Shown: positions 1 through 10,655, numbered from the stretch's first letter. The stretch: DNA of 64,000 nt from Candidatus Latescibacterota bacterium (GCA_965204375.1 OZ241986.1:4576001-4640000), one strand, 5' to 3'. Made by a program: numbers and translations. Notes: generated by a model from the sequence alone, not told the origin.

Positions 1-414
1 TCCGAACAAAATGTCCGATATCTCGAAATTTACGCCGATCCTCAACTCCATAATAGCGAAGAATTGATCACCAAAATGTTCGACTTCATCCAAAACCTGC
101 CCGACAACCCTCGCTTTTGGGAAACACTCAAAGAACAGCGCGAAACGAACGATATATCTTTTGTCCACGACGAAACACCGCAGCAAAGCCTCAACCAGGA
201 AGCAAGCAGAGCCATTCACAATACACAAATCCGCAAAGGCGGATTTGATGCCGTCACCGATGATGAAGTGCGCGCCTTTCTCGAAAAATTCTTTGTACCT
301 CAGAATATGATCATGATCTTCCTCGGTCCCAAGGATCACATTATCGAAATCCTGAACACCCATTGGCCCGAAGTCGATATTCGCGTTTACAATGTCAAAG
401 AATTGATCGAATAA
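1..414 (+). CDS. 3' end of a gene starting before the window; possibly M16 (insulinase) peptidase-like C-terminal domain
   Basis: Frame open from base 1 (SEQNVRYLEIYADP...). The tail FDAVTDDEVRAFLEKFFVPQNMIMIFLGP resembles the M16 C-terminal pattern. Followed by a terminator-like hairpin. Confidence 0.5.
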   Translation, partial: SEQNVRYLEIYADPQLHNSEELITKMFDFIQNLPDNPRFWETLKEQRETNDISFVHDETPQQSLNQEASRAIHNTQIRKGGFDAVTDDEVRAFLEKFFVPQNMIMIFLGPKDHIIEILNTHWPEVDIRVYNVKELIE

Positions 415-449
415 AAAAAGCCCACCCGCTTTTCAGCAGATGGGCTTTT
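415..449 (+). terminator. Intrinsic terminator-like hairpin between convergent genes
   Basis: AAAAGCCCA...TGGGCTTTT inverted repeat directly after the stop at 414. Confidence 0.6.
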
Positions 450-480
450 ACATATATCGAATTGCCTTTCGTCTTCTTCC

Positions 481-560
481 TTCACACTTCACACTTCACA
501 CTTCACACTTCACACTTCACACTTCACACTTCACACTTCACACTTCACACTTCACACTTC
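481..560. repeat. Heptamer tandem repeat (TTCACAC)n, ~11 copies
   Basis: Directly visible; overlaps the TGA stop of the minus-strand gene ending at 559. Confidence 0.95.
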
Positions 561-1647
561 ATAATCCTGTCTCCAAAAACGCATTCAAATCATCCAGACC
601 CATCCCCTCAATCCCCAACTCGCGCACGCTACGCCCTGAAGTCCATCCATCAAAACCCATCACCACAGACGCAATATCCACCAGCCCGCGCATCAACGGC
701 GCATCCACCCCGTATTGCGCGCCCACATCGTGCCATGCTGAAAGACCATAAGGAATATCCTCCGTGAGCCATCGGCTCTCAAGCGACCCCGGTGCCTTGA
801 GTTGCGTCAGCATCCGGCTGCCATTAATCGCCGCCCACAAATCGCCCTTTGGCCCAAAACCCGCGCGATAAAACGCCTCATCAGCCGCCACCAGATCGTA
901 CCCCAAAGCCTTTGCAATCGCTCTGCGCTCTGCATCCACAGCCATAATCGTCTTCGCCACAGACGGAGAAACCCCCTCCTCGTAAAAATAGAACTCCCCA
1001 TGAGAATACTCAATCCGCCCCGCATTCATCAACACACCCGCGGGATGCACAACCGGATTCATCGCAGACAAACCACACGCCATCACCGTCGGATACGTCT
1101 GAATACCCGGAAAAAAAGGCGACAGGCGATCGCGCACCCGTTCAGTCTCCGTCGCTGGCAAAACTCCCAACCCCAACCCCGTCACAGTACCCCAAATCGT
1201 CGCCGTATCCGGCGCAGTCTTCCGACACACATAAGGCGCGGTATCCACCTCAGCAAGCGCGACACCTTCCACACCCCGTTCCCTCAACAGCGTCGCCCAT
1301 TCCAGCGTACCCAACGTCCCCGGCATCAGCACAACCGTATGATCGGGTCCCAGATAGGGCGCACACGCCAGTGCAAACGGCTTATGGGCATACGCCGGCA
1401 CAATCACCAGAATCAGATCCGAGGCATTCAAAGCCGCCTCAATATCCGTCGTCAAACTATGAACTCTTGCCGCCCCCGTCTCCTCAACACCGACCAGATG
1501 AATCACGCCACTATCGCGCACGGGATCGAGCATCTCTCTGAAATCCGGCAATTCGCAAAGCGTAACCCCAAACCCCTTCAAAGTCAGATTCGCAGCCGTA
1601 GCAAACGCCGTATTACCCCCACCCAAAATTGTAATATGTTCAGACAT
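559..1647 (-). CDS. NAD/NADP octopine/nopaline (opine) dehydrogenase family protein
   Basis: N-terminal Rossmann motif ITILGGGNTA; C-terminal motifs NPVVHP, FYFYEEG, RWLTEDIPYGL. Start set at MSEHIT. Confidence 0.85.
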   Translation of the reverse strand: MSEHITILGGGNTAFATAANLTLKGFGVTLCELPDFREMLDPVRDSGVIHLVGVEETGAARVHSLTTDIEAALNASDLILVIVPAYAHKPFALACAPYLGPDHTVVLMPGTLGTLEWATLLRERGVEGVALAEVDTAPYVCRKTAPDTATIWGTVTGLGLGVLPATETERVRDRLSPFFPGIQTYPTVMACGLSAMNPVVHPAGVLMNAGRIEYSHGEFYFYEEGVSPSVAKTIMAVDAERRAIAKALGYDLVAADEAFYRAGFGPKGDLWAAINGSRMLTQLKAPGSLESRWLTEDIPYGLSAWHDVGAQYGVDAPLMRGLVDIASVVMGFDGWTSGRSVRELGIEGMGLDDLNAFLETGL

Positions 1648-1690
1648 AAGGCATCGTCCTCTCCAAAGATCAAAATATTCGACGTATTTT

Positions 1691-2299
1691 TTATTTCTTC
1701 TGAAATTTCTCGGCGTCGGCAGGCCATTGGCTCTCTCGGCACTCATCGGCATGCCACAGCAGTTCGCGCGAAAGCTTTTGAGCAGGGGGAGGTAATTGAA
1801 CTATAACGATCTGGAGACCTGCGATCCGACCATGTTTCATAGCAGGCACACAATCGGTGTCACCCGATACGAGGATGATCCGATCCACGGCTTTTGAAAC
1901 CGAAAAAGTCGCAATATCGAGCCCAAGACGCATGTCAACACCTTTTTGTTCAAAATCCGGGTAAAAGTCATCATCGGAAAGTGATGTGCTCTTTACTGGA
2001 ATCTTTTTGAGCTTGAAGCCCCGAAATTTTAGAACGCCACGACGAACCGCAAAGTAGTCTTTGGCCGCCAGAATATCCAGCCAGCCATGTGCATCAAATG
2101 CTCTCCTGTCTCCAGACACTGGAAGACGCACCGTACCTGTGTACGGATCGCAGTCGTAGTATAATATTCGAAAAAGTTGCTCATCCTTACAAACGATACT
2201 CAGTGCAACCTTCTCAATAAAATCTGGATTATAGCGATAGACCGGACTTGCTGCTTTCCTCAAATAGCCTCCATCAATCAAAATCGTCACTTTCGGCAT
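1691..2299 (-). CDS. NYN domain (LabA/DUF88, PIN-like) ribonuclease
   Basis: Motifs ILIDGGY, EQKGVDMRLGLDI, LVSGDTD, HAD; RBS AGAGGTG. Confidence 0.9.
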   Translation of the reverse strand: MPKVTILIDGGYLRKAASPVYRYNPDFIEKVALSIVCKDEQLFRILYYDCDPYTGTVRLPVSGDRRAFDAHGWLDILAAKDYFAVRRGVLKFRGFKLKKIPVKSTSLSDDDFYPDFEQKGVDMRLGLDIATFSVSKAVDRIILVSGDTDCVPAMKHGRIAGLQIVIVQLPPPAQKLSRELLWHADECRESQWPADAEKFQKK

Positions 2300-2313
2300 A
2301 CACGCACCTCTAC

Positions 2314-2351
2314 AAAAAATAAAAGCCCCTGTGCGTCACCACACGGGGGCT
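2314..2351 (-). terminator. Intrinsic terminator in the NYN gene leader
   Basis: Minus strand AGCCCCCGTGTG-GTGA-CGCACAGGGGCT then TTTATTTTTT, 14 nt before the ATG. Confidence 0.75.
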
Positions 2352-2385
2352 AAAAGATAGACTCGCCTACGAGCGTAGCGGATAT
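2314..2385 (-). ncRNA. Putative ~70-nt leader/small RNA upstream of the NYN RNase
   Basis: Bounded by a sigma70 promoter and a terminator; internal complementary segments CTACG/CGTAG and CTCG/CGAG. Confidence 0.45.
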
Positions 2386-2391
2386 AAACCA

Positions 2392-2420
2392 AATGTAGCG
2401 TATTCCCTACTTTTTGTCAA
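2392..2420 (-). promoter_or_regulatory. Sigma70-type promoter
   Basis: Minus strand TTGACA-17 bp-TACATT. Confidence 0.75.
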
Positions 2421-2482
2421 CTAAGAGAAATTAAAAATGCGAATCTCGCTTTTAACTCTTGAAAGGGTCAACTTCTTAAAGA

Positions 2483-2716
2483 TCACGTTACGCCGATCGG
2501 TTCAATAATGTCGCCGAGAATGCGAATTTTGTCCCGATCCCTGCCAAAATTCTTCTCATGATAGGGGACGAGGCGCGACACAGGTCGGCCATTCTTGGTA
2601 ATGACAATCTCGGTGCCCCCCTCGGCAACCTCGTCCATTAGCTTGAGGCATTTGGCCTTGAACTCAGATGCCTTGATCGTCCGAACATCAGTCGAATTAT
2701 TGTCGTGCGTATCCAT
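2483..2716 (-). CDS. Phd/YefM family antitoxin (no adjacent VapC/RelE toxin)
   Basis: TIKASEFKAKCLKLMDEV...IVITKNGRPVSRLVP. Confidence 0.85.
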   Translation of the reverse strand: MDTHDNNSTDVRTIKASEFKAKCLKLMDEVAEGGTEIVITKNGRPVSRLVPYHEKNFGRDRDKIRILGDIIEPIGVT

Positions 2717-2748
2717 AAATAGTCCCCTATTGCATCGTGGCAAAAGGC

Positions 2749-3051
2749 CTATCCCTTATAGCGAGGAATAGCACTCGCTTGACCTTTCCTGCTTTCTACA
2801 GTTGCCATATAAACTGCTAAAGTAGCCGAGTTTTGGATTCTGTCAAGGTATTCGATAACCTTGTCTTGAGGGAACTGGCGAAAGAAGCTACGCAACTGAA
2901 GTGTCCGGTGAGCCGCAGGATCTTTTTCTATAGAGAGTTTGATCTGAAAAGGCTGATCACCAGAATATGCATAAGCTGAAAACCCCTCGCCAAGTCCACC
3001 TCGCCCAGCGAATAAGTCAATAACAGGAATTTTAGTAATATCTCCTGACAA
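2749..3051 (-). pseudogene. DNA cytosine-5 methyltransferase, N-terminal fragment
   Basis: Motif I VIDLFAGRGGLGEGF and SIEKDPAAHRTL present; no PC catalytic motif; only 100 aa. Confidence 0.75.
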
Positions 3052-3128
3052 GATTTACCTTCCGTTGGAAGAGAGAGTCGCGTCTGGATTGCGGCTAACA
3101 CCATGCTGCAATGACGATTGTAGCGAAC

Positions 3129-3701
3129 CTACCATCCTAAATCAACAATCCGAAGCTCAAACCCCGGCAACTGATCAGAAGTATAAACATCGCCTTCCTG
3201 CAATTCCCGAGCCAAATAATCGCCCTCGCCGCGCGAAAGAAACGTAACCACTTTTCGAAAAGGATCGACAATCACGTACTCTGCCACACCCAGATCGAAA
3301 TACTCGCCACGCTTCAAAATATAATCTCGTTCTTCACTCCCACTGCTCACAATCTCGAAAACGAGATCGGGAACAAGATCGTAAATATGTTCAGCAGACA
3401 CATCTTCCAAATACACGGCAATATCACCGACCCGATCCGTCTGGTCCGAAGTCCGTATCCAGCCCTCGGGCGCAATGAGTTCAATCATCCCCGAATGGGT
3501 ATGTCTATACACATAGAGCTTCTCGAGAATTGCGGAAACCACCTGCATATGTGGCAAATCGCTCGGCTCCATCACAACCAATCTCTCTTCCACACGCTCA
3601 TACCGATAGGGTGCATCCCACTCCGCCTCGGCAAACTCCTCATCCGTCAGCAACCGCCCTTGATCCTTCAAACCCAATTTCAAGTGTGTTTTTGTCATCA
3701 T
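3129..3701 (-). CDS. Uma2 family endonuclease (DUF820)
   Basis: RYERVE.RLVVM, PDLVFEIVS, K..EY...GVAEYVIVDP, LPGFEL. Confidence 0.9.
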   Translation of the reverse strand: MMTKTHLKLGLKDQGRLLTDEEFAEAEWDAPYRYERVEERLVVMEPSDLPHMQVVSAILEKLYVYRHTHSGMIELIAPEGWIRTSDQTDRVGDIAVYLEDVSAEHIYDLVPDLVFEIVSSGSEERDYILKRGEYFDLGVAEYVIVDPFRKVVTFLSRGEGDYLARELQEGDVYTSDQLPGFELRIVDLGW

Positions 3702-3703
3702 AC

Positions 3704-4279
3704 TCACCATCCCAAATCAGCAATCCGAAACTCAAACCCCAGCAATTGATCAGAAGTATAAACATCTCCCTCTCTCAATTCCCGAGCCAAATAATCGCCC
3801 TCACCGCGCGAAAGAACCGTAACCACTTTTCGAAAGGGATCGACAATCACATATTCTGCCACACCCAAATCGAAATACTCTCCACGCTTCAAAATATAAT
3901 CTCGCTCTTCACTCCCCCTGCTCACAACTTCGAAAACAACGCGGGGAATCCTCTCGTACTGTTGATCGGACTGCGGCTCATCTTCCGTGAGATAAACGCC
4001 GACATCCGCCATGCGATCCTGTCCTTCCCCCGTGCGAATCCACGCTTCTGTCGCTGCCATTTCAATCATTCCCGGATGGGCTGCATCGTAAAGAGAGAGC
4101 TCTTTCACAACAGCCCATACCAACCCCAAATGCGTCTTACCACTTGGCGACATAACCACAAGCCTCCCTTCCACGCGTTCATATCGATAGGGCGCATCGC
4201 ACTCCGCCTTGGCAAACTCCTCATCCGTCAGCAACCGCCCCTGATCCTTCAAACCCAATCTCAATTTTGTCTCCAGCAT
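3704..4279 (-). CDS. Uma2 family endonuclease (DUF820), tandem paralog
   Basis: Same motifs; N- and C-terminal thirds near-identical to the neighbour. Confidence 0.9.
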   Translation of the reverse strand: MLETKLRLGLKDQGRLLTDEEFAKAECDAPYRYERVEGRLVVMSPSGKTHLGLVWAVVKELSLYDAAHPGMIEMAATEAWIRTGEGQDRMADVGVYLTEDEPQSDQQYERIPRVVFEVVSRGSEERDYILKRGEYFDLGVAEYVIVDPFRKVVTVLSRGEGDYLARELREGDVYTSDQLLGFEFRIADLGW

Positions 4280-4293
4280 GGCCTGACCTCCGT

Positions 4294-5454
4294 TCACGAC
4301 TCATTTTTCATCGCCCACTGTTGCTTCTTCTCTCTCATCTCCGCATTCAACACCACCTCGCGCTGCGGCGTCTGGTTCTCGCCATCCTGAACCCACTCGC
4401 CTTCGCGCGACTTCTCTACCGGTTGTCGCTGTGCCACATCCAGAATTCCAAACTTGCGATGCGGTTCTTTTTGATACCAGTAAGCCACAGACGCCATCTC
4501 ATTCGCCAGATGATTGCCGTGCCCGTGCTCAATCGTCACCTTAATCTCCTTTTCAAACCGCACCGGATTGGTCAAATGAAACACATAAGACGTCTGATAC
4601 CCACCCGTATTCCGCTCGTAAATCGACGACCCATTCATCAAAAACGCATTATCCTGCATCCCCCACGCCTGATTGAGATAATCTTCGCTACCAGTACCGT
4701 GCAACTCCGGCGGCCACTTGTACCCATCCACCCAGATCATATCATCGCCCTCGCCCCACCATGTTCCCTGAAAATTGGTCACCGACAAATTGCACCCAAT
4801 ATAGTGCCCGACACCCGTCGCCTCCAGAATCACGTAATTTCCATCCCACGCCTGCCGCTCAACATTGACAATATTCGCCTCTGGCGTATTCACGCGAATC
4901 TCATGCCCCCAGCCATCGCAGGGATTTTCCCTGTGAAATTGCGCGTGAAAATACGCTGTATCTTCTCCCCAGGGATCGTCGTACAACTCGTAATCCACGT
5001 AAAAATATTGTCGATAAGACTCATCGCCCTCATTCGTCACCTCAACGCGCGCAGAACGATTAAACGGCATAAGCAAATAGCAATTTAGCGCAGCATTGGG
5101 CACAAACTGATTCTCGCGCTGTGCATTGGCAGACGCGGAAAAGGGCAGCGATTGAAAAGACGTGGAAATACCGTGCCCCAAACAAAAGAAATCTCCCAAC
5201 GGCACCTCGACACTCGGATCGTCTTCATCATCCCAAAACATCTTTAAGACCACATTGCGAAAAGCACCCTCCCCACTCTGCGTCATCCAGATATGCGTAA
5301 TACAACCCGGTCCCTTGAGATCGGCCAACACGCGCGTCTCGCCGCCCTCAATAACCCATGCATCGCCATTTCGTCCGCTGTTATCCCATGACGATGCCCG
5401 CAGTGTCCTAGCCTTTTTGGTCTGTGTCAGTGAAGCGAGCAAATGAGCGTCCAT
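4294..5454 (-). CDS. DUF2961 / glycoside hydrolase family 172 protein
   Basis: GPGCITHIW, PSVEVPLGDFF, WWGEGDDMIWVDG, HGTGSEDY, IEHGH. Confidence 0.85.
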   Translation of the reverse strand: MDAHLLASLTQTKKARTLRASSWDNSGRNGDAWVIEGGETRVLADLKGPGCITHIWMTQSGEGAFRNVVLKMFWDDEDDPSVEVPLGDFFCLGHGISTSFQSLPFSASANAQRENQFVPNAALNCYLLMPFNRSARVEVTNEGDESYRQYFYVDYELYDDPWGEDTAYFHAQFHRENPCDGWGHEIRVNTPEANIVNVERQAWDGNYVILEATGVGHYIGCNLSVTNFQGTWWGEGDDMIWVDGYKWPPELHGTGSEDYLNQAWGMQDNAFLMNGSSIYERNTGGYQTSYVFHLTNPVRFEKEIKVTIEHGHGNHLANEMASVAYWYQKEPHRKFGILDVAQRQPVEKSREGEWVQDGENQTPQREVVLNAEMREKKQQWAMKNES

Positions 5455-5685
5455 ATCTTCTCCTTGTTAGCGGTTAGCAGTCAGCAGTCAACGTCCAGAA
5501 TATTCGGAATTTTATCCACCGCGTCAAAGGATTTTTTTAGAAAAAAACAATACGCAAAAAAAATGCATTGTTTTCCTGTCGCACATGCGAAACCCATTTC
5601 CCTCAGCCTCAAATTTTTGCTCTAAATCTCGCATATACAGGCAATTGGACGCACGCACAACGCAATGCCGGTAAAGTTACAATTT

Positions 5686-5731
5686 AAGCACATTTGGTAT
5701 TGACTTTTTTAATAGACCACCATATATTGTG
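5686..5731 (+). promoter_or_regulatory. nrdA promoter with overlapping NrdR box(es)
   Basis: TTGACT(5700)-16 bp-TATATT. CACCATATATTGTG (5718-5731) matches the NrdR consensus; a degenerate copy lies 32 bp upstream. Confidence 0.65.
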
Positions 5732-6049
5732 CTTGCAGTTGTTAGTGAAAATTTATCCGCTCTCCCCCTTTACCCATTTTTTGCAAACTCAAACAAATCA
5801 TTACAACTGCGTAAGTTATTATTATATTTCGGGAAAACAAATCCATTGTTCGCAGTCTCTCCCCTCCTCTGCGATTGGGATTTCCAACCTTATGTTTTCC
5901 CGATTTGTTGTCTTAAAACACATCCCCAGACTCATCTTTTCAACCCTCCCCGTTGCGATCTTTATACAGCGGTTACGGGTTTATTTTTTCTGCCAGAACC
6001 CACGGGAGCAGATTCTTATTGGTTCTTGGCTGGCATTTGGGAGGCATGC

Positions 6050-8941
6050 ATGGCCGAAATGGTTGACACTTTACTGGAAGCAGTTGATTTTGCGGTACGC
6101 AAACGCGATGGTCGGGTCGTGGATTTTGACCGCGCGCGCATTGAACGCGCGATTGAGGCGGCATTTAGAGCCGAGTTGGGATTGTCCAACGATCATTCAT
6201 TGCCGCCCAAAATTGGAACCGATGTGTCGGAACTCACCGACGCTGTTATTGCTGAAATTGAAGGGGAACTGCACGAGCCGGATGACAGCGTGGATGTCGA
6301 ACGCATTCAGGACAAAGTCGAAATCCAATTAATGCGTGCAGGCCACTTTGCGGTCGCACGGCGCTACATCGTCTATCGAGAAGACCACAAAAAAGCCCGC
6401 GTACTCAGCGGCAAAGAAGAACCCCAGGACCCCAACGCGCCCAAACTCCGCGTACAAACAGCCGACGGCAAGCGCGAACCTTTAGATGCCAACCGCATTC
6501 GCGCCGAAGTATTTGCCGTTTGCGATGACGAGGTAGATCCCCAGGCTCTGCTCAATGAAATATATCGCTCCCTATACGACGACATCAAACCCGACGATAT
6601 CGAACGCGCCATGATATTGGCAGCGCGTAGCCGCGTGGAAAAAGAACCCGCCTATAGCAAAGTCGCCATGCGGTTGCTGCTCAACGTGATCTATCGCCAC
6701 GCCCTGGGATTCAAACCCGCGATAGAAGACAGAGACACAGCCTGTCGGCAGGGATTTGCAAAATTTATTGAAACGGGCATTGAAAACGACCGCTTAGACC
6801 CCAAATTGCGCGTATTTGACCTGGAGCGTCTATCCTCGGCATTAAAACCCGAGCGCGATGAAGACTTTGAGTACCTGGGCGTACAAACCATTTTTGATCG
6901 CTATTTGCTCCACGTCAACGAGCGCCGCATTGAAACCCCACAGTTCTTCTGGATGCGCGTGGCCATGGGCCTGTCCTGGGACGAAGACGACAAAGAGGCG
7001 CGCGCCATTCAATTTTACGAAGTCCTCTCTTCCTTCCGATTTGTCTCTGCCACCCCCACCTTGTTCAATTCCGGCACCCTGCATCCGCAGTTGTCCTCGT
7101 GTTATCTGTCAACCGCGCAAGATGACCTGGAACACATATTCAAAATGGTATCCGACAATGCCAAATTATCCAAATGGGCGGGCGGTCTGGGCAATGACTG
7201 GACCAATGTGCGCGCCACAAATTCCTATATCCGCGGCACAAATGGCAGAAGCCAGGGCGTCATTCCATTTTTGAAAGTCGTGAACGACACAGCAGTTGCC
7301 GTCAACCAGGGCGGAAAACGCAAGGGCGCGGTATGCTCCTATCTCGAAACCTGGCACCTGGATATTGAAGACTTTCTGGAACTGCGCAAAAACACGGGCG
7401 ATGACCGCCGCCGCACACACGACATGAACACGGCCAACTGGATCCCCGACCTGTTTATGAAACGCGTCATGGAAAAGGGAACCTGGACCCTGTTCAGCCC
7501 GGATGAAGTCCCCGACCTGCACGAATTGTACGGCAAAGCCTTTGAAGAGAAATATCTCGCCTATGAGCAAATGGCCGAAGCCGGTGAACTGCAACAACAT
7601 CGCCAGATCGACGCCGTGCAATTGTGGCGCAAAATGTTGTCCATGCTCTTTGAAACCGGGCATCCCTGGATCACATTTAAGGACCCGTCCAACATCCGCT
7701 CGCCCCAGGATCACGCGGGCGTTGTCCACAGCTCGAACTTGTGTACTGAAATTTTGTTGAACACGAGCCGCGAAGAAACCGCGGTATGCAACCTCGGCTC
7801 TGTAAATCTCGTGGCGCATATCACACCCACGGGTCTCAACCGCGAATTGCTGGAAGACACGATATCCACCGCGCTTCGGATGCTGGACAACGTGATAGAC
7901 ATCAATTTTTATCCCACAGAAGAAGCCGCCACATCCAACAAACGCCACCGTCCCGTGGGCCTGGGCGTGATGGGATTTCAGGACGCGCTCTACCTGTTGA
8001 ATTTGCCCTACGACTCGCAAGGCGCGGTTGATTTTGCCGACATCAGCATGGAAATGATCTCGTATTACGCGATCCTCGCCTCAACGCACCTGGCCGAAGA
8101 ACGCGGCACATATCACTCCTACATCGGTTCAAAATGGAACCGCGGCATATTGCCCATCGATACCCTGACCGTGTTGGGACAGGAACGGGGGTCGTACCTC
8201 GAAGTCGATACATCCGCGCGCCTGGACTGGAATGTGGTGCGCGAGGCCGTCGCCAAACACGGCATGCGAAACAGCAACGTGATGGCCATTGCCCCAACCG
8301 CCACCATATCGAACATCTCGGGCGTGACGCAATCCATCGAGCCGATGTATCGCAACCTGTATGTAAAAGCAAATCTGTCCGGAGACTTCACAGTCTTAAA
8401 TCCCTATATGGTCGATGCCTTAAAAGCGCGCGACCTGTGGGACGACCAGATGGTAGATGACCTGAAATACTTCGACGGCTCAGTCCAGGAAATCGACCGC
8501 ATCCCGCAAGACGTAAAAGACCTCTACAAAACCGCATTTGAAGTGGCACCCGAATGGCTCATCGAATGCGCCAGCCGCCGGCAAAAGTGGATCGACATGG
8601 GCCAGTCCCTGAATCTGTACATTGCAGCACCCAGCGGCAAGGCATTGGACGACATGTACAAACTCGCCTGGATACGCGGGCTGAAAACCACGTACTACTT
8701 GCGCTCCCTGGCCGCGACCCAGATCGAAAAATCCACCATGGACATCAACAAACGCGGCGTCCAGCCCCGGTGGATGCAATCCAAATCCGCTTCAAGCGAT
8801 GTGCAAGTACAACGCAAAGACGCACCCGTTGAAACAGACGCGTCGCTCAACGGGCAGGTACACCAACAGACCCCTGCCACCCCAGCACCAACAGCCGAGT
8901 CATGCGATATTACAGACGGCTCATGTGAGGCGTGTCAGTAA
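6050..8941 (+). CDS. nrdA: Ribonucleoside-diphosphate reductase alpha subunit with two ATP-cone domains
   Basis: VRKRDG ATP-cone, [33 protein letters not shown]-terminal CEAC; RBS GGAGG before ATG 6050. Confidence 0.97.
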   Translation: MAEMVDTLLEAVDFAVRKRDGRVVDFDRARIERAIEAAFRAELGLSNDHSLPPKIGTDVSELTDAVIAEIEGELHEPDDSVDVERIQDKVEIQLMRAGHFAVARRYIVYREDHKKARVLSGKEEPQDPNAPKLRVQTADGKREPLDANRIRAEVFAVCDDEVDPQALLNEIYRSLYDDIKPDDIERAMILAARSRVEKEPAYSKVAMRLLLNVIYRHALGFKPAIEDRDTACRQGFAKFIETGIENDRLDPKLRVFDLERLSSALKPERDEDFEYLGVQTIFDRYLLHVNERRIETPQFFWMRVAMGLSWDEDDKEARAIQFYEVLSSFRFVSATPTLFNSGTLHPQLSSCYLSTAQDDLEHIFKMVSDNAKLSKWAGGLGNDWTNVRATNSYIRGTNGRSQGVIPFLKVVNDTAVAVNQGGKRKGAVCSYLETWHLDIEDFLELRKNTGDDRRRTHDMNTANWIPDLFMKRVMEKGTWTLFSPDEVPDLHELYGKAFEEKYLAYEQMAEAGELQQHRQIDAVQLWRKMLSMLFETGHPWITFKDPSNIRSPQDHAGVVHSSNLCTEILLNTSREETAVCNLGSVNLVAHITPTGLNRELLEDTISTALRMLDNVIDINFYPTEEAATSNKRHRPVGLGVMGFQDALYLLNLPYDSQGAVDFADISMEMISYYAILASTHLAEERGTYHSYIGSKWNRGILPIDTLTVLGQERGSYLEVDTSARLDWNVVREAVAKHGMRNSNVMAIAPTATISNISGVTQSIEPMYRNLYVKANLSGDFTVLNPYMVDALKARDLWDDQMVDDLKYFDGSVQEIDRIPQDVKDLYKTAFEVAPEWLIECASRRQKWIDMGQSLNLYIAAPSGKALDDMYKLAWIRGLKTTYYLRSLAATQIEKSTMDINKRGVQPRWMQSKSASSDVQVQRKDAPVETDASLNGQVHQQTPATPAPTAESCDITDGSCEACQ

Positions 8942-9094
8942 AAGTAGAACATGTAGTTCTGAAAACATGGTTAGAGGACTATAACCTCGGCCAACTCTGG
9001 GAAAAGAATGAGATAGGTGGCCGTCCCGTTTTGGAATAGATAGAGAATCGGCAAAATGACCAGATTGCTCATCCTTGCGCTCGCACCTTAAGAG

Positions 9095-10366
9095 ATGAAC
9101 CCAACAACTACACAATACACAGCTCCGGCACGCATTGAATACCTGAAGGTGAGGAACTTCCGCGCGTTGCGGGAAGTTGAGTTCAAGGAATTGGCACCGC
9201 TGACGGTGTTGCTCGGTCCCAATGGCAGCGGCAAATCAACAGTATTTGACGTATTCGCGTTTCTATCTGAATGTTTCGAGGTGGGTCTGCGCCGCGCCTG
9301 GGACCAGCGTGGCCGTGCCAAAGAACTGCGGACGCGAGGAAACATTGATCCCGTTGTCATTGAACTTAAGTACCGCGAACAGCCGGGCACGCCTCTGATC
9401 ACTTATCACCTGGCTATTGACGAAGACCGAAACCGGCCCGTTGTCATGGAGGAGTGGTTACAATGGCGACGCGGCCAACACGGCAGACCATTCCGATTCC
9501 TCGATTATCGCGAGGGACAGGGCAGAGCGGTCAGCGGTGAGCAACCCGGCAAATTGGACATGCGCAACCAGGGAACGATCCAATTGGACCCGCGCAACGA
9601 AGTACCGCTCCAATCGCCCGATCTGCTGGCAGTCAATGCTCTGGGACAACTTGCCGATCACCCGCGCGTAGCAGCACTGCGCGACTTCATCACCGGATGG
9701 CATGTGTCATACCTCTCGGCAGACAGCGCACGAGGCCAGCCCGAGGCAGGACCACAAGAGCGACTGTCCAGAAGCGGCGACAATCTTGCCAATGTCATAC
9801 AGCATCTCGCAGAGCAACATCCCGACCGACTTAACCAGATCTTCGAGGTGCTACGTCAGCGCGTGCCGCGCATTGAGCGCGTGCTATCAGCAGTCATGCC
9901 CGATGGCCGCCTATTATTGCAGATCAAGGACGCGCCATTCAACAACCCGGTACTGGCGCGATTCGCTTCTGATGGCACATTAAAAATACTGGCTTATTTG
10001 GTACTGTTATACGACCCCGAACCGCCGCCCTTCATCGGCATTGAAGAACCGGAAAACTTCTTGCACCCTCGATTGCTTTCGGAACTTGCCGAAGAATGCC
10101 GTGCGGCCTGCGAACGCACGCAGTTACTGGCGACCACACATTCGCCATTTTTTCTCAACGCACTGCGTCCCGAAGAAGTACGCATTCTCTGGCGCAACGA
10201 ACAAGGGTACACACAAACAAGCCGCGTCGCAGACATACCCGGTGTACGGGAATTTATCGAAGAAGGTGCATATCTCGGCCATCTATGGATGGAAGGATAT
10301 TTCAATCTGGGAGATCCGCTAGACAGACATGGTGAACCGACTCCTCCTCTGGAGGGACGCGGGTAA
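9095..10366 (+). CDS. AAA_21/ABC-type ATPase
   Basis: Walker [10 protein letters not shown], signature SDGT, Walker [14 protein letters not shown]-loop TTHSP. Confidence 0.9.
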   Translation: MNPTTTQYTAPARIEYLKVRNFRALREVEFKELAPLTVLLGPNGSGKSTVFDVFAFLSECFEVGLRRAWDQRGRAKELRTRGNIDPVVIELKYREQPGTPLITYHLAIDEDRNRPVVMEEWLQWRRGQHGRPFRFLDYREGQGRAVSGEQPGKLDMRNQGTIQLDPRNEVPLQSPDLLAVNALGQLADHPRVAALRDFITGWHVSYLSADSARGQPEAGPQERLSRSGDNLANVIQHLAEQHPDRLNQIFEVLRQRVPRIERVLSAVMPDGRLLLQIKDAPFNNPVLARFASDGTLKILAYLVLLYDPEPPPFIGIEEPENFLHPRLLSELAEECRAACERTQLLATTHSPFFLNALRPEEVRILWRNEQGYTQTSRVADIPGVREFIEEGAYLGHLWMEGYFNLGDPLDRHGEPTPPLEGRG

Positions 10367-10655
10367 TGGCACCACAACATCTGGAATTACTCGTCGAAGA
10401 ACCCTCAATGGAGGCCTTCTTGCGAGAGTTATTGCCGCGTATGCTGTCCGTGGAATGCACATTCAAAATTCATCCGTTTCAGGGGAAGCCAGACCTATTG
10501 GACAAGTTGCAAAATCGTCTGCGAGCCTATGCAAAAAAACTGGACTACGCAAGACGGAGGCTGCCAGAGATATTGGCATTCACATTGATGCTAATCGTAG
10601 CCGTTCGCACAGTTTCGTGAAATTTCGCGAAGCCATCATTGAGGCAACTGCTTGA
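10366..10655 (+). pseudogene. DUF4276-like (TOPRIM-like) protein, internally deleted and frameshifted
   Basis: N-terminus LLVEEPSMEAFL...FQGKPDLL...LRAY in one frame; C-terminus GLRKTEAARDI...RSHSF in another. Junction at the A-run ~10533-10539. Confidence 0.7.

Noticed and set aside
481-560. Possible CRISPR array
   Set aside because: 7-bp tandem units with no spacers; no cas genes in the window
363-767. ORFs with HTSHFTL repeats (also 46602-46893, 47856-48152)
   Set aside because: Translations of the heptamer repeat, antisense to real genes
5729-6049. 107-aa N-terminal extension of NrdA
   Set aside because: AT-rich leader overlapping the promoter region; a good RBS and ATG at 6050 precede the ATP cone
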